DNA of 53,550 nucleotides, counting the filler, from Sphacelaria rigidula (Eukaryota), in NCBI GenBank assembly GCA_964200075.2. It is 2 parts of 2 records of this genome, joined end to end, with 100 filler letters (N's around TTAATTAATTAA, not from the genome) between each part and the next. Parts side by side here need not be neighbours in the genome. Positions count along the whole stretch, not along the records: positions 26,845 to 53,550 come from CAXNAA020000132.1; 1 more part is not named here. One strand, given 5' to 3'. Position 1 is the stretch's first letter. The number at the start of each line of letters is the position of its first letter. A program made the position numbers and the translations under genes. Positions 32,301-45,900 of the stretch are shown in pieces. Below the pieces are notes generated by a model. The model worked only from the letters and a program-made list of their open reading frames with translations, had not been told where the DNA came from and made no database searches.

Positions 32301-35300
32301 TATGTCAGGGTTGATTCGGGCACCCTTGCTCCCCTCTCCTTTTTTTCTTTCTCCAGCTGCGTTGTCCACGGCTTTGTGGAGCACGTCGTCTATCTCTCGC
32401 TGAGTAGCCAACCGTTTTCTTGTTCTTGGCTTGGTTTGGGTATTTTCGCCTCCTCTATCGCTGCCAATGTCACCGGTGCCTCCTTGGTTATCGAAGGCAG
32501 AGTTGATGGGCAGCACTGAAGAAGCTGGCCCTGAAAGTGGATTTTCGGCACCATTCCTTCTCTCCCTTTCCTCCAAGCTGGCTCGGCGTCGTCGTCGTCG
32601 TCGTCGTTGTTGTTGTGGTTGTTGTCCTAGTTCCCCCGAAACAGCGACCACTGCGGCTTGTGGTGGCAGAGGCACTCCCCCCGTCCGTTGCATAGAAGTA
32701 AGAAAGGTGCTCGAGCCAGACCCGCCTTCTTTATCACCACCTTGATCCGCACGACTCGACTGTGCGCCAGATCGTACCAAACTGTGCTGTCCTGTGGCCG
32801 GCACTACTGGAGCTGTTGGGTCGTGTTCGGCGGCAGTCGATCGAGTCCGGCGGGGCGGGCAGCATCGCCTTCCCGTACCTCTACTCTCTCCCACTCGTCG
32901 AAGGATTTGTTCGCTGAAAATACGGTACTCTTCGATTTCAGCCGCGGGTTTGATGTGTGGGGCCGTTAGCGACGGACAAGACCATCTGCGCGCGCGTGAC
33001 AACACAGTGCATCATATAAGACAAGCTTGCACGTAGGTACAGGCGGCCAGAAATACTGGTGCATGAGTTGCATGTATCCCGTGAAACAGGAGTACATAAC
33101 ACGTACTATTATTGACGGTATTAAGTGACCATCGTGATTTTTATCCTCATCGCATACGTTACCTGAACGGTGATATTTTTGCACCCTTCAAAACACGGAG
33201 ATCCTTCGGTGAACTGTATGTCTGACGGGGTATCTCGTGGCGAGAAAGACACAGCGAAGTGTTTCAACGATGTGCCGACGACGACGGTAAAAATGTAGCT
33301 GCACGGGATGCGATATGCGTTGTTTGGTTTCGCGGTTGCGGGTACCGCATTTCGCTTCTTTTGGGTCATGACGAAAGGACAACGATCAAACCCCGCTGAA
33401 GAGCGAGGGCTCACGCCTCTTTACCCAGAGGAGATTCTGCCGCTCGTGCGCCATCATGTACGGTGATTGACTGATTGATGGGCTGATCGCTTGATTGTCG
33501 CGCAATAGCTGATCCCCTGCGAGTCATGGTCCAGCCGTGGTCATTCTCCACAAGACAGACGTGCCCAAGGTAAACAAAATGGAAGCAATCGTCAGGACAA
33601 ACTCGGCAAGGGGAGATGATATTGGGAGAAAATGGGAGAACAACCTGAGCAAACCGAGCAAAAACGAGAGATAAACAAAACATGCGGCTACCGTACTCTT
33701 TTAGAAAGAAACGGAAAAGTAAGGCCCAATGTATCCTCTAGAAGTCGGAGTTTGAATGGACCTCATCAATCGCTGGGGTTCTTGCTGTCAGTACTGTCTA
33801 TCTGGTGTCAAATTGCTAGTATGTGGAGAGTCATGAATATCTCCTGCTGTGGCATGTGACTTGAATTCCTTGTGCCGGCGAACTGCTGCACAAAGAGTGA
33901 ATCGCAAAAGTATATTGACATACCCTGGAGAATAACACGTGTCAGCAACTATTGACTCTAAAAGCGGTACTTCATATATGGCAGAAATACTGCTACTCAG
34001 TGCTTCTCGCACGTTTCGGCCCGATCGATTCGTACGCTTTCCGTGTCCCGCATGTCCACCTCTCCCAGCATCTCCATCGCCTTGAATTTCAGTGCTCCAA
34101 CCTGAAGAATTCGAAAGGGGGTGTGCGATAGGAATATTCAATGCAATGCGCAAGGGGTTCGGTTTACATAGGACACTTTCTACGATAACCCCCCCCTCAA
34201 ACCAGCCCAAAAGTGTCACGAAAAAATATGGACACACGGCGCCTGATGTTTGGGTCCAGGCTGCATGAAGCGCCTCATACGGGCAACATTGGCGAGAACG
34301 AACCCAAGCGTGGGAATTCCCAGCTGCTCGTTGTGCTCGGCTTTTCACATTCCGATTCACGTAAAGATCTTGCCTCTCCAAACCAGGCATTTTGTTTGGG
34401 GGGGGGGCTATCGTAGAAAGTGCCATAGTCGCGCGATTTCAGAATGCGACGGGTCTTGTGCTGCTGCCCAATGCTTCAGCGGTTCCACCGGGCAATATGT
34501 GAGTCGTTTTCAAGGAAAACTGCAACACTTGCTATAGCCTGTACGATATTCAAGTTGCGGCTGTAGGCAATACATGGACAACGTATATCAATGGCAACTC
34601 TGATGAGGCATCCCAGCCTACGAACGCAAAAAAGCAACGCGACTAATGTTTTGCCCAAAGCTTTAATCTTCACAGACATGCCGTTTGGATGGCGTGAAAA
34701 TAAGAGCCGGAACCCTTTTTCACATGCGTTGATTCTGCAAACGAAATACCGGTGAGCTCCTGGGCGATTTATTGGCAAACGACACGAAGGTTTCCTTGCA
34801 TATAATCACCATGATGAGTAGCTGTGCAACCGAATACTCCCTGCTGCCTGGTCCAACATCAATAATTAAAAATATGTGCTTACGTCGCCAAGTTGTCCAA
34901 AGATTTCAGCAACTCAGCATACGGGGAACGTACGCCTTCGTCGCTGGTGTTCGTCAGGTGTCAACACCCACAACCGGGTTATCATGAATAAATGCGTACA
35001 TAGTTCAAGTCTTTTCAAGGTTGAGGTCTTGATATCCTGACCGACGCTGATTGTGTGTCTTCCTCCCCTATTACTGCCAATTTCTCGACAACCTAAACTA
35101 GATAATGTCCATGTCTCGACCGTGTGAAAAAAAGGAACCCCATCATTAATTTTACCCTAGCCAGAAAACTGGAGCGCGATTCCTCATTTGTTGTTCGCTT
35201 GTCGAAATTCATACGAACCCACGATCTACCTGAACACCGGGAAAAATACCAGCAGAGAGCGATGGGTCGCCTGCACCCCGACAACAAAAATACGATATAG

Positions 35301-36765
35301 TATCTACATATGAAAAGCATGCCAAAAGATGGAAGGATCGCCTTCTTTTTATGTTGTCGTGAAATTGGTCTCAATGTCTCGGCGTTCCAAAGTCAGGGGG
35401 TGTATGCCCTTTGCTGCCCACCTCGTATTGTCATACTTTGTATAGAGATTACAGTACAGTGCTTCCATTCGCGGGTAGTTGTTGGAGAGGACGGTGTTAT
35501 TCTCTTTCGAGATTATTCTTTGCTTCCACAAGCAACCTGCGTGTTCTTCCCTTTTTTCTCAGCCAGATGAGAACGCTTTCGAGGTTAGGAATCGAACCCT
35601 TAACTTCACGGTTGGAAGGACTTGGGACCCATCTCCGCAGACTACGGGGTGTGTGTTCGTTGACGATGGGCTGGGCTGCACAAAAGAGAACTGGATAGCG
35701 TGGACACCGCATCTTACGGTTTGATCTTTGGAAAAAAAAAAACATCGACAACGAAATAAAGATTCTTGCCTGAACATCGACAAGCGTGAAGAGTCGCACG
35801 GTGCAGTCTGTGCTCGCCGTCACCACCAGAGAGGTTTTGTCCACCAGACACAGGCTTGACACAGGACGCCCTCGGTGGGCTTCCCACTTCAAATTTGGTG
35901 GAATCGCCGTCAAATGATCAAAAACACGCTTGACACTGTCCGATCAGTGTTGCAGGGCAAGACAGGCGGGGGGGTGGAGGTATCATGTGGACGGGTTTGT
36001 AATGCGTGAGAGGACCGCGTGCTTAGAGGACCGCATCGAAATTTGAATACCCCTATGGTTAGGGTTAGGGTTAGGGTTAGGGTTAGTGTTGGGGTTAGGG
36101 TCAGTGGCGTGGTACCTGCAGGGACTGACCCGATTGGTTTTGAAAAACGTCGATCCTGAGGTATTTTGAATTACGGTGCGGTCCTCTAAGCACGCCGTGC
36201 TCTCACGCATTACAGGGTTGTTAGGAGCCGGTAAAGGTATGTTGCGTGGGGTGTAGGCATGATCTTGTATGCCGTGATCATATGACCACTGACCTCGCAT
36301 CCCTTACAAAGTTGAGACGGAGCCGGTCGGGTTTTTGCCGGACCAGGCTCGCAATCAACCACCAAGCGCGAAGCGCCGTGATGTGTTCGGCGAGTCGCAT
36401 GAAGGGCGAGCTGCATCCTGCTACGATTGTTCGGCCCGAAGCATATACTGATTATATCCCATGTGGATGGCAGCCTAAAATGAATGCCTCATTTTCTGGT
36501 CTCGCCACTTCCAGAGACAGTCACGGGTTCCTTACTGCCTAACGGATATCTCACCATTATAAACACTACGAGGTACGATCATCCCCTTTGCGCGGATCAG
36601 GTTCTCCACTCCGCACAACATGATCTAGCTCGATCACCATATTTACCGTAAAAAAACTCAAGCGGCAAAAGACGGTAGCTTGGTTGCCTAGCTTACGCAG
36701 TGAATGCCATGTTTTACGGTGTCGTTCGCAACCGCCACCAACCCTCAAAAGGCAGGGATCATCTT

Positions 36766-36800
<35 letters not shown>

Positions 36801-36900
36801 GGTTTAGGTGGGTGTATTTGGGGGGGGGCGGGNNNNNNNNNNGTTGTGTGTCGGAGGTTTTGTCGGTGTGGTAGGTGCCCCGCCCGCCGCGCACCCCCCA

Positions 36901-36947
<47 letters not shown>

Positions 36948-39900
36948 CGTGAAGGGGGCGTTTCGAATTAGGTGTAGCTTTTGGTGGAACAGGTCTCTAC
37001 ACACTTAATCCGACTCGAACTATTGAATACATTATGGATAGAGCGGAGACTCTGATTGAAAGGGAGTCATTACGCAATCGGCAATGGAATAGGTCGACCC
37101 ACACGAGGAGCCACAGGGACAGGCGGGTTTGGGGGGTCATGTATGGAATGGAGTGACTATGCGTGCTAACGTCGAGGTGAGTAGTGCTTTGAATTCGAAA
37201 GGGGGCGGGGAAACGAAGAGCGCACGGCAGAGGGGGACCAATAGACCAGGCAGGCACTAATGGTCATCAACAAAGAGTATGTACTCTCAGGCGAAGTGCG
37301 ATTGTTAGCTCCACGTACTTGTACGCTGCTCGCACTATTGGGCAGCGAACAGTAGACACGCGGTTCAAAGCCAGTAGATACACGGCGCTTGCTGGTTGAC
37401 TGACACGTCAGAGTCACTCAGCAGGTGCCGACAATATGTTGCCCTGCTAAAATCTTCAACTGTCATGCACAGGCAGGCCAAGTATCACCTGCATCCTCCC
37501 AATGTCGAGGACAACGCGGACTGGGGGCAGCAACGCAAGCCCGACCGTGTTTGCCTGTTGCCGCGTAGCTGGTTCGCAGGGTCGCGGGTTTCGTGTTGCC
37601 GAGGCAGTCTCGACAGCATCGCATCTCTGTGCAAGACGAAAACGACGTAGATATAGTGGTGTTCCCTCACGGCCGAAAAATACATTTTTGGTAACGGGCG
37701 ATTGCAGCTGATGTCGGCACATGAGTTACAAGCGTGATAGATGGGAATACCGGGCAGGTAACAAGGAAACAAAACAAAAACCCTCACCAGCACCCGAGGC
37801 ACAGAGTAGTGAGGGCTAGTTCTCAAAAGGGTGAGGAGAGGACATCGAGAAAAAATGTCATATGTTGGCTGTAGGCGACGCATCAAGTCACATGCTTTTC
37901 CAACATGGTCTTCTACCCAGTGCGTACCAGTGGGAAAATGTCAAATGTCGACAATGACGGGAAAATAGTGTACGGGTTTCTCGGAACTGCTTAGTCATCG
38001 TGAAATTGATACACGAAGAACAGTGGATTTTTCTCACAAGTGTATGTTGAGGGCAGGAGACCCTGTTCGTCCTGAGGGCCATTTGGTCACGAGGTCATGG
38101 CGCCTAAAGCTTCAGATATCGGCTGACTGCATCGGTTTATACAAAATAACTGAAGAAGGCCTTTACGTTATTCGATTAAATCATAACGGGCTTCATTTTG
38201 ACGTTTGCAAAATTAATGCGATAAGTGGTGCAAAAAGTGTGATATAATCACGGAGAAGCCTTGATTTTCTATCGGGCACGACAGTACTGTAGGCCGGGCA
38301 TTAGACCGAGGGAATCCCAATGCCCGCCTCTCACAAGTCAACGCCTGCAGCAGCCATCAGGCCCTCCGCCCTCCACGCCTCCACCCAGCCGCTGGCGCTC
38401 CCGGCAACAATCAGCAACCTCGACAGTACATCTTCTCTGTTTGTGTTGCTCCCGCCAGCATTCGAACGTCTTACAGTATTAGCTTCAGTGCAAGGAACCA
38501 TGTCTACCTCACGTCCATCGTTGGCGGCATGTTTTCTTGAACATTCGTCACATTCGCCCTTGCTCGCAAAAATACTGCCTGTGTCCGGTGTTGTGGTTTC
38601 TTTCTGCTCTGTGTACGGACGTTGTGTATTGGTCCCTTTCGTTGCTGCGATGTCCTCTATGGTCCAGTGGAGATGCAGCTCGTACACGGGGCTTTGCTGT
38701 TGCCGTTGCTGCTGGTGCTGGTGCTGGTGCTGGTGCTGTTGTTGTTGTCGTTGTGGCTGATGATGATTAGGAGACTGCGATGGCGAAATTAGTTCGTCTC
38801 TCATTTTCTGTGGAGTCGTAATACGCCGACTCGACAAAATTGCTCCTGGTCGTAACGTCAGCGCGGCAGACGACTGAAGCAGTGGGGGAGAACAACCCAC
38901 CGACCGATGTCGAATCGATAACAGCAACAAGTGGGGAGGCAAACACGGCGAAGGCGTGCGAAACGTAGGGTCTCATTGCCTCTAACCATGTCTCAGGCTA
39001 TGCAGAAGCTTACAAGATATCTAGGGCTTACCTCGGAAGATTCGCGCGGCACTGTTTCCGCGACAGATTTCGGTTTAGAGTGTTGGGCGGTGGTACTGCA
39101 CAAGATCACGACGCCACTACGACACCATACCGCGGTATCCCAAGATCTCACATACCACTTACTGTGAGCACCAATGCTACGGATCTCTGGTGAGATGCCG
39201 TACCATCACGCAAATCACTCGTACCGCGTCGTACCGTACCACGAATCCTAAATATCGCGCATACTGTTGAAAATCTGCGCTATTCTGAAGATCTCATTAA
39301 CACCGCATGATAATGGGATACGTGTGGCTCAAACCTGGTCGCTGAGGAACCAACTCTGCGGCTTATGGTGCAAATCCTGGGTAAACGTTTCTTGACAAGC
39401 GATTCACCGCGGTAGGTATACCGAGGTTCCTGATTACCGCGGAGACCGCAATACTTATATGCTATCGGGTGGGCACAGCGGTTGTTTGGCTCCGTACCGC
39501 ACCGTACTGCGTTTTCGGGACCCACATACCGTGATGCCGAGCGATACGAAGATAACAACCTACCAAGCTGTACCGTGCCGCACTTACCAAGGACCGCCCC
39601 CAATTCTGTGATAATCACTAGCCGTACCGTACGATCATTTTTCGAGCATCGCTACCGAGGTAAGCCGTGAAAATGCCAAGCCCCACACCAGATACACAGA
39701 GGCTTATAGGGTAGATGACAATGCTGATCCATCATACGTCAACTACACTATGTTCCGTTTTTCCTCGTACTCGCTAAATTCAAGTCCACGCTGAAAAGCA
39801 GATCAAGCACAAGTCAGGAATGCAAGAGTTAGCATGCTGAGGACAAATTAGGACATGCGAGGCCCGCTCTCACCTCAAAGATCGGTTCAAAACATAAAGA

Positions 39901-42900
39901 TATTAAAGCACGTGAAAAGCACGTGGGAAAGCACTACAACAACGTACTTACAGTGACGCCTGATTAGTGTGGCCCAGATGCCGGAAAACGATGGACCAAT
40001 GATCTCAAGTGATAATGCCGGCTAGCTTCTGAGTACCATTTACGGGCTGATCATTTACAGATCAAAAGTCTGCGGATTAGCCGTCAGATATGTACAAGGC
40101 GACCAGGAAGGGTGCCGCATGTGGAAGATTCCCGAACATATAAACGTCAAAGTCCTGATTTCACAGGAGATCGAGGGAGGAAAATTTGTACGGGAAGTGA
40201 AATATGTTGAGGAGAGCGAGGAGCATTGCGGCCATCACCTCTGTGACCGGTGAAACTTGAAGGCACCGAGGCCTACTGTCAAATATAGCCTATGCAAATC
40301 TCACCCCTTTCAAGCGTGTCTGCTGGACAGCAGGACTTTCCACCTCAGAGCTCTTGGTAGGAGTCAGGTCAGTCTTCGACGGGGAGCACTTTTCGTACAT
40401 TCCACCGCAGACATTCCCTCTGTCTCCTTCTGTGCCGTCTGCCACTTCACGTGTTTCAGCCGCACCAGTGTTGTCCACGCTGCTATCTTCGACGCCCCCA
40501 TCCCATGCCGGTGCGGCTTTCCATTGCCCCCGGGTACCTCCCGCGCTGTCGAGGACCAGGCATTTCTTTTTCCCGACAACTGCTGAGCAACAACCGTAAT
40601 TAAAGTCATGGGGCATGCGTGTAGAGGTGCTTTGTGTATCGCTTGTCGCGTCAACAAAGTTTCCGTGTTCAGCACCAATGACGTCGCTTCATATCGCCAA
40701 ACATACTGCACAACAAGCCATCCTACCGGAGGCCAAGGATAGGACACTAGAGGTCACGATGAACTTCGATGTATCTGAACAACGAACGGCTGGCCGAAAC
40801 GGTGATATTCATAGGAAGATCGAAGATGTGGCTTGAATCCAGGTGCTGTCCAGTAGTTGGGAATGGTAGACTAGGCGAGTGATATTCTCTGTACACTCAA
40901 AAGGACAACACGCACATCGTATCTGGCAATTCTGTTTGCGCAGGGTAAAGTGATATGACTGAATGACTGAAATGAATCAATGAAGTGGTATGACCGAATA
41001 ACGTACTTGTTGCTCAATTAGTCGGGCCTCAGCTTCTGACGTTGCACGAGTCGGACACAACGTGTTTCGAGGCATACTACAGTATGTAAGTTTTCGTTCG
41101 GATACTATATCAACCACCCGACGACACACTTCTGCGGGGAAACGTTGTTGAAAGAATTTTTGATGTTGTGCTTTTAGTCGCTGTAGCTTGACCTACACCT
41201 GGTCCTTTGATTTGCTCGTGAGTCTCAGCATCTAATTCGAAGACAAAATGACCGCCCATCAATTCTCTAGAAGCGGGCAGCGCGCTGTTCGGGTTACGCC
41301 ACTCTTCTTGAAAATATAATATACTCCAAGACAGAAAAGCTTGTAAGTTTGATGCTCGTTCTCTTTTTGGAAAAAGAACAACCCCCGACGTGTTTTCAAG
41401 CGTGACGTTCAAAACTGCGTCTCTCAAGGGGACCGACTGACCGCCCGGTGTACACCATCTGTCGCCATGATACAACCACTTGCCTTGTAGGCCATGACCA
41501 GGAGCGACTCCACCCGCAGATTTTTCCACCACCCAGAGGGTGATTTCACCGTCGGAATCACCAGCCAGGAGACATGATGTTCGGGGAAGGAAGGTCAGGG
41601 CCACCACGTCTGCTTCCAGGTCTGATATGCCTCCTTGAAACCTCAAATCCTGGGCAGGAGTGGTGGCAGGAGACGCCGGTCTCTATCACGTTGTCAACGA
41701 ATGACCCATCTATATTATTAGACCTTTGTCCCCCACGCGGACTTTTTTGTATTTGGGGCCATGCTACTGATTCCAGAGTGAGCCTGAGTAGCATGGATAA
41801 ACCGCCGAATCGATTACTGCTACGGCAGGTGGTACCAGCCACTTTTGGGGGGGGTCGGTGGTTAATCTGTTTTCCCCCCTGCGTTGCATTGTACGAACTC
41901 TACACGAGGGCGGAAAGGATTACGGAAGGAAAATTGCTTCGTCGGAACCCCCCAAATGGGTGCTGTTTGCGAACGATAAACACCAATAAAATAGGGAGCC
42001 ACTCTGAGGATGGTGCACTGTGACAACAGTCGTCGTGTTGCAACTCAACCTCACGAGGGATTGAACGACAGTAATCAGGCGAGGCTCTGAGGCGTGATTC
42101 ATTGCAACCCACACACTCATCATAACCTCACAAGCACTAGAGCTTCGGAAGTACGACAAAAATTTCAACAACAATGCTGTGAAAATGACATTCAAATATC
42201 TCTGATGGAAGTATTAGTTGCGTCACATATCTTATTAGTGGAATTAGCTATACAGCTTCAGCATCCCCCCCAAAACAACAAGGAAGAGCGACAGACACCT
42301 TCTTGTCCCAAAGGCGTATCTCCCCCCCAGAGGCCGTGGCGATGAGCTGGGCGTCTGGGCTTACAGCACACGCGGACACCACTTTTTTGTGGACCTGTGG
42401 ATGTATGTGTTAGGATGTAGATTGCGAGAATACTTGTGTGAGGATATCGGCGAGGGTTTTCGTGGATTATGACGTGTCGTTTATCGGTTTCGCCGCGGGA
42501 GTTGTTCAAGGAGGCAAACGATGCACGATGAACAAGCGAAGAACAAGCGGATAAATTCTGCCCGTGCTACTTCTACGGCATGTGTACGGACATCCACTTT
42601 GTCCTCGTTTCCCGATCCCGTTCAGAGAAGATTTCCACGTGTACTGAGGCCGTAGTGTTTTTTTACCGAAGCTCGGAATACAGTTGCAACCACAGGTACG
42701 TATTTTGAGGGGGAGAACAGAGTAACAATGGGTCTCAGGGCCGAGTGAAACAATGAGCTGGTTGTCCCCTGATTGGCGGAGGGGAGGGGAAGGGAGTGTG
42801 ACGGGATTACATATCGGCAGGTTAGATCGCTGTTAGGGCAGGGAGATGGGCATTAGGGGGGGGGAGGGCGATATGTGTGCAAGACTCATCGGTGCGAAAG

Positions 42901-45900
42901 CTGAGAGGACAGTGCGTACATTCTTGCCGCCTACATTGGCTGCACAAACTGATCGAATTCATCGTTTATCGGTGTGAGTATCCCCATGTACAATCCACCA
43001 GCGTAGCTTCTATTCCCACAACCATTCCAACCATAATTGGGATTCTCTGAGTTTACATTACGCAACGATGGACGGAACAGGTTCTTTCGAAATGTGCCAC
43101 ACATCTGTCTCACGAAATATTCCACGTTAACTGAGCTTTTTCCCTACCGAATATACGGTGCAGACTTAAACAAGCCCCCTAACTGCACCTTCTGTTGTCA
43201 GATTAGCACGTTTCCATACGATTCCGGGTAGGGCAAGCCCGAGGTGTTTTGAGCTTGACGCGATTAGTTGAGCCAGGAAAATAAAATGTACTCCCGCCAA
43301 ATCGCGAAGTCGAATGTGTTGGAATATGTTGACTATGTCCTACGCTTACTGGTTCACCGGAAGTATCAACTGCCTTCGACAATGGTAGTCTCCGAAACGA
43401 CGGTTGAGAACCTTCAGTATCACGTCTCATAGGCAGGATTTACGACAAAGTACAAAGCTAGGAAGCGCAATGAATCACGTGTGGTACGCAAGCACACAGC
43501 CAAAGAAACCAAACGCTCGTGCATAAAATCAACTGTTCTTGACTTGGGTGACTTACATTCCAACACATATTTCTCAGGGTTAGGGCTTAGACTTAGGGTT
43601 AGGGTCAGGGTTAAGAACAGGGAAAAGGCGTCCAACAGATGAACAACGGGAAAAAAACCACGATGATTGAATAACAACCAGTACAGGAAGGGAACACTAA
43701 AAAATAGTGGTCGTACAATTATAGCGACTGCAGAATCGTCGGCAAGCACAACATGAAGAAGCAAAGCCGGCCTGATCCCGTCTCCTCGAACGCTGTGTAG
43801 AAGAGCAACGTGGGTGACAAATCGTCATAATGATTTCGTCATGATTGTACACTGGTATCGTAGGTGCACCATATGCAAGGTCAATTTGCCCTCTGTATGT
43901 ATACTATATTGTTCTCTCAACCCCCCCCCCCTCCCTAATCTTACGTCTTCGACGATTCCTGATAGGACGAGACCAAGTCCGTTGCATTTTTCGCGGAAAA
44001 TCATCATCCGCCTGTCGACCCCAATCGATGTCACTTCTCGCGTGGAGGGGCAAACGACGAGCTGTGTCACGGGGCCATGATGCGCGTCCTTCACCTCGAA
44101 CAAAAGCTATGTAGTGCGGGGAAAACGTACGAGGGAGGCGTATACGTTTTGGTGGAATAAACTGAGCATTGTAACTTGCATCCGAAGCACTGCCTCATTT
44201 CATATCTCAAACAAGAACATCTCTTTTATCGGGGTAGATACATTGTTCAGTGGGGCAAACGATCAGCACGCAGTGCCCGTATGAACATCTCGAACAACAA
44301 AAGAGAAGTGCTTCCCCGATCGGTGTATACATATCATGGGCATGTATGCCAACCAGTTGGTGGGAGGGTGGTCTTCATTGTAAAGAAAAATGAGCTCATT
44401 TCGAACAAGAGTCATATCTTCAATCGGTACATATCTGCCTGTCGTTGCATCATTGAATAGGGTAGCCGTTGCTATTATTATGGGAAATGGTCAGGGTGCG
44501 CAGTGTGTACCGTATAAATGGATCTAAAAAAAAAAATGCGGCGTGCCAGGGCAGACGTGTGCATATCCTGAACAACAGGTTTGCATCAAGCGATGGAGAT
44601 CCCCTGCAAACACGGCACATTAGTGTCGGTACGAATGCACCGCACCAAGGGAGGAACTCGATAAATCGAGAAAATCTACTATTGCACCCGGGATATGCAC
44701 GGAGCAGCAAGCAAGTGGGAGAGAGATTGCAAGGAAGGATATGCACGCATCTTGACGTTCCTTTTCTGTCGCTGTCTGTTGTTGCCTTTCAATTCTGGTT
44801 TTGCGTAGGATGTGAGCTACCTCCATGAATCGTTCGACTGCGGGAAATGAAAACTCGTGGCAAGCGATGTGTGTCACAAGCGGTGCCCCGTGCCGTGGCA
44901 TCTATGGAGCGAAGGACCGAAATCCTCAGACTGAGAACATTCTATGGAGCGAAGGACCGAAATTCCTCGGACTGAGAAAGTCGTGGGACGGTAGCCCTGT
45001 ACGTTTTTGGCCAAACGTTGTCTGATGTATTTTCACGTGGCGACATGAAGCAACGCCATTCTTCACATTTAGTGTTTACCTTCGAGACGATCGCCTCCCG
45101 TTCGGACACAACTTTGTCCTGAATGCACTAGTACGAGTGCACGAGAGCGTGTATCGAACCCCACATCGCCGGCCGAGAAAACATGTGTGAACCGCTACCG
45201 CAGCACGTCTCTAAAGGCTGTCGGCAAATCTTTGCACTAGGAATATACGTGCACCGTAACCTGCGGGGGCGCCGTGGTGTGTAGTCTTGCATCGGGCCGC
45301 GCCAACTCGACAACAGCTGGCGGTGATTATCGGTGTGACACTGGGCACTGGACAGTCGCGCAAAACAGTTTGTATTCTATCGAATAATACCTTTTTCCGA
45401 AGATGAACCTCGCTGATGGTGCGTCTACACCGAAACCTACGCGTGGTATTCCAAACCCAGCACTGTCACTTCCTCATCTCGAAGCAGTCAGGTTGGGCAG
45501 TACGGATGAAATACCTGCCCTGTGACGATGTGCATCACGGCTATCCCTCCTTCGAACGTTCCGAGGTACAATCTCCTAGGACCTGGGCGGTCGGTGGTCA
45601 TGCAGGCGATGCCTGATGGACAAGGAGACGGAATTTCCCTCAAAGGGTCGGACGTCTGCAGGTTCCAGAATCGTAACTGGCGCCCCGTCGACGCGATCAG
45701 ATCCATCGACTTATCTGGTTGTCAAAAAAAATGCAGAAGTAGGAGCAGCAGTGAACATCTGATGGAATCAGCATGGAGAGGGATTTCTAGCGACAAAACC
45801 ACCAAACAACGCCGTTTAACTCACATATGATAGAGCCAGTGTTGATATTGAATGTTTGTAAGAAACAACGAGCAAATGAAAGACAACAGTCAGTAGTTCC

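Noticed and set aside
36768-36947. Very long poly-G runs giving poly-Gly/poly-Pro ORFs or a G-quadruplex locus
   Set aside because: They flank a 10-N gap and their length and content are probably unreliable. The ORFs are low-complexity artefacts.
43190-43330. Candidate for the missing WD40 exon (..LAQLIASSSK..VWK..EG|gtgcag)
   Set aside because: The end phase fits, but no convincing acceptor or WD motif was found, so it is left unresolved.
44901-44978. Short tandem duplications (40-bp x2 here; 17-bp x2 at 48672-48706; ~24-bp x2 at about 5092-5132)
   Set aside because: These are ordinary local slippage duplications with only two units each.
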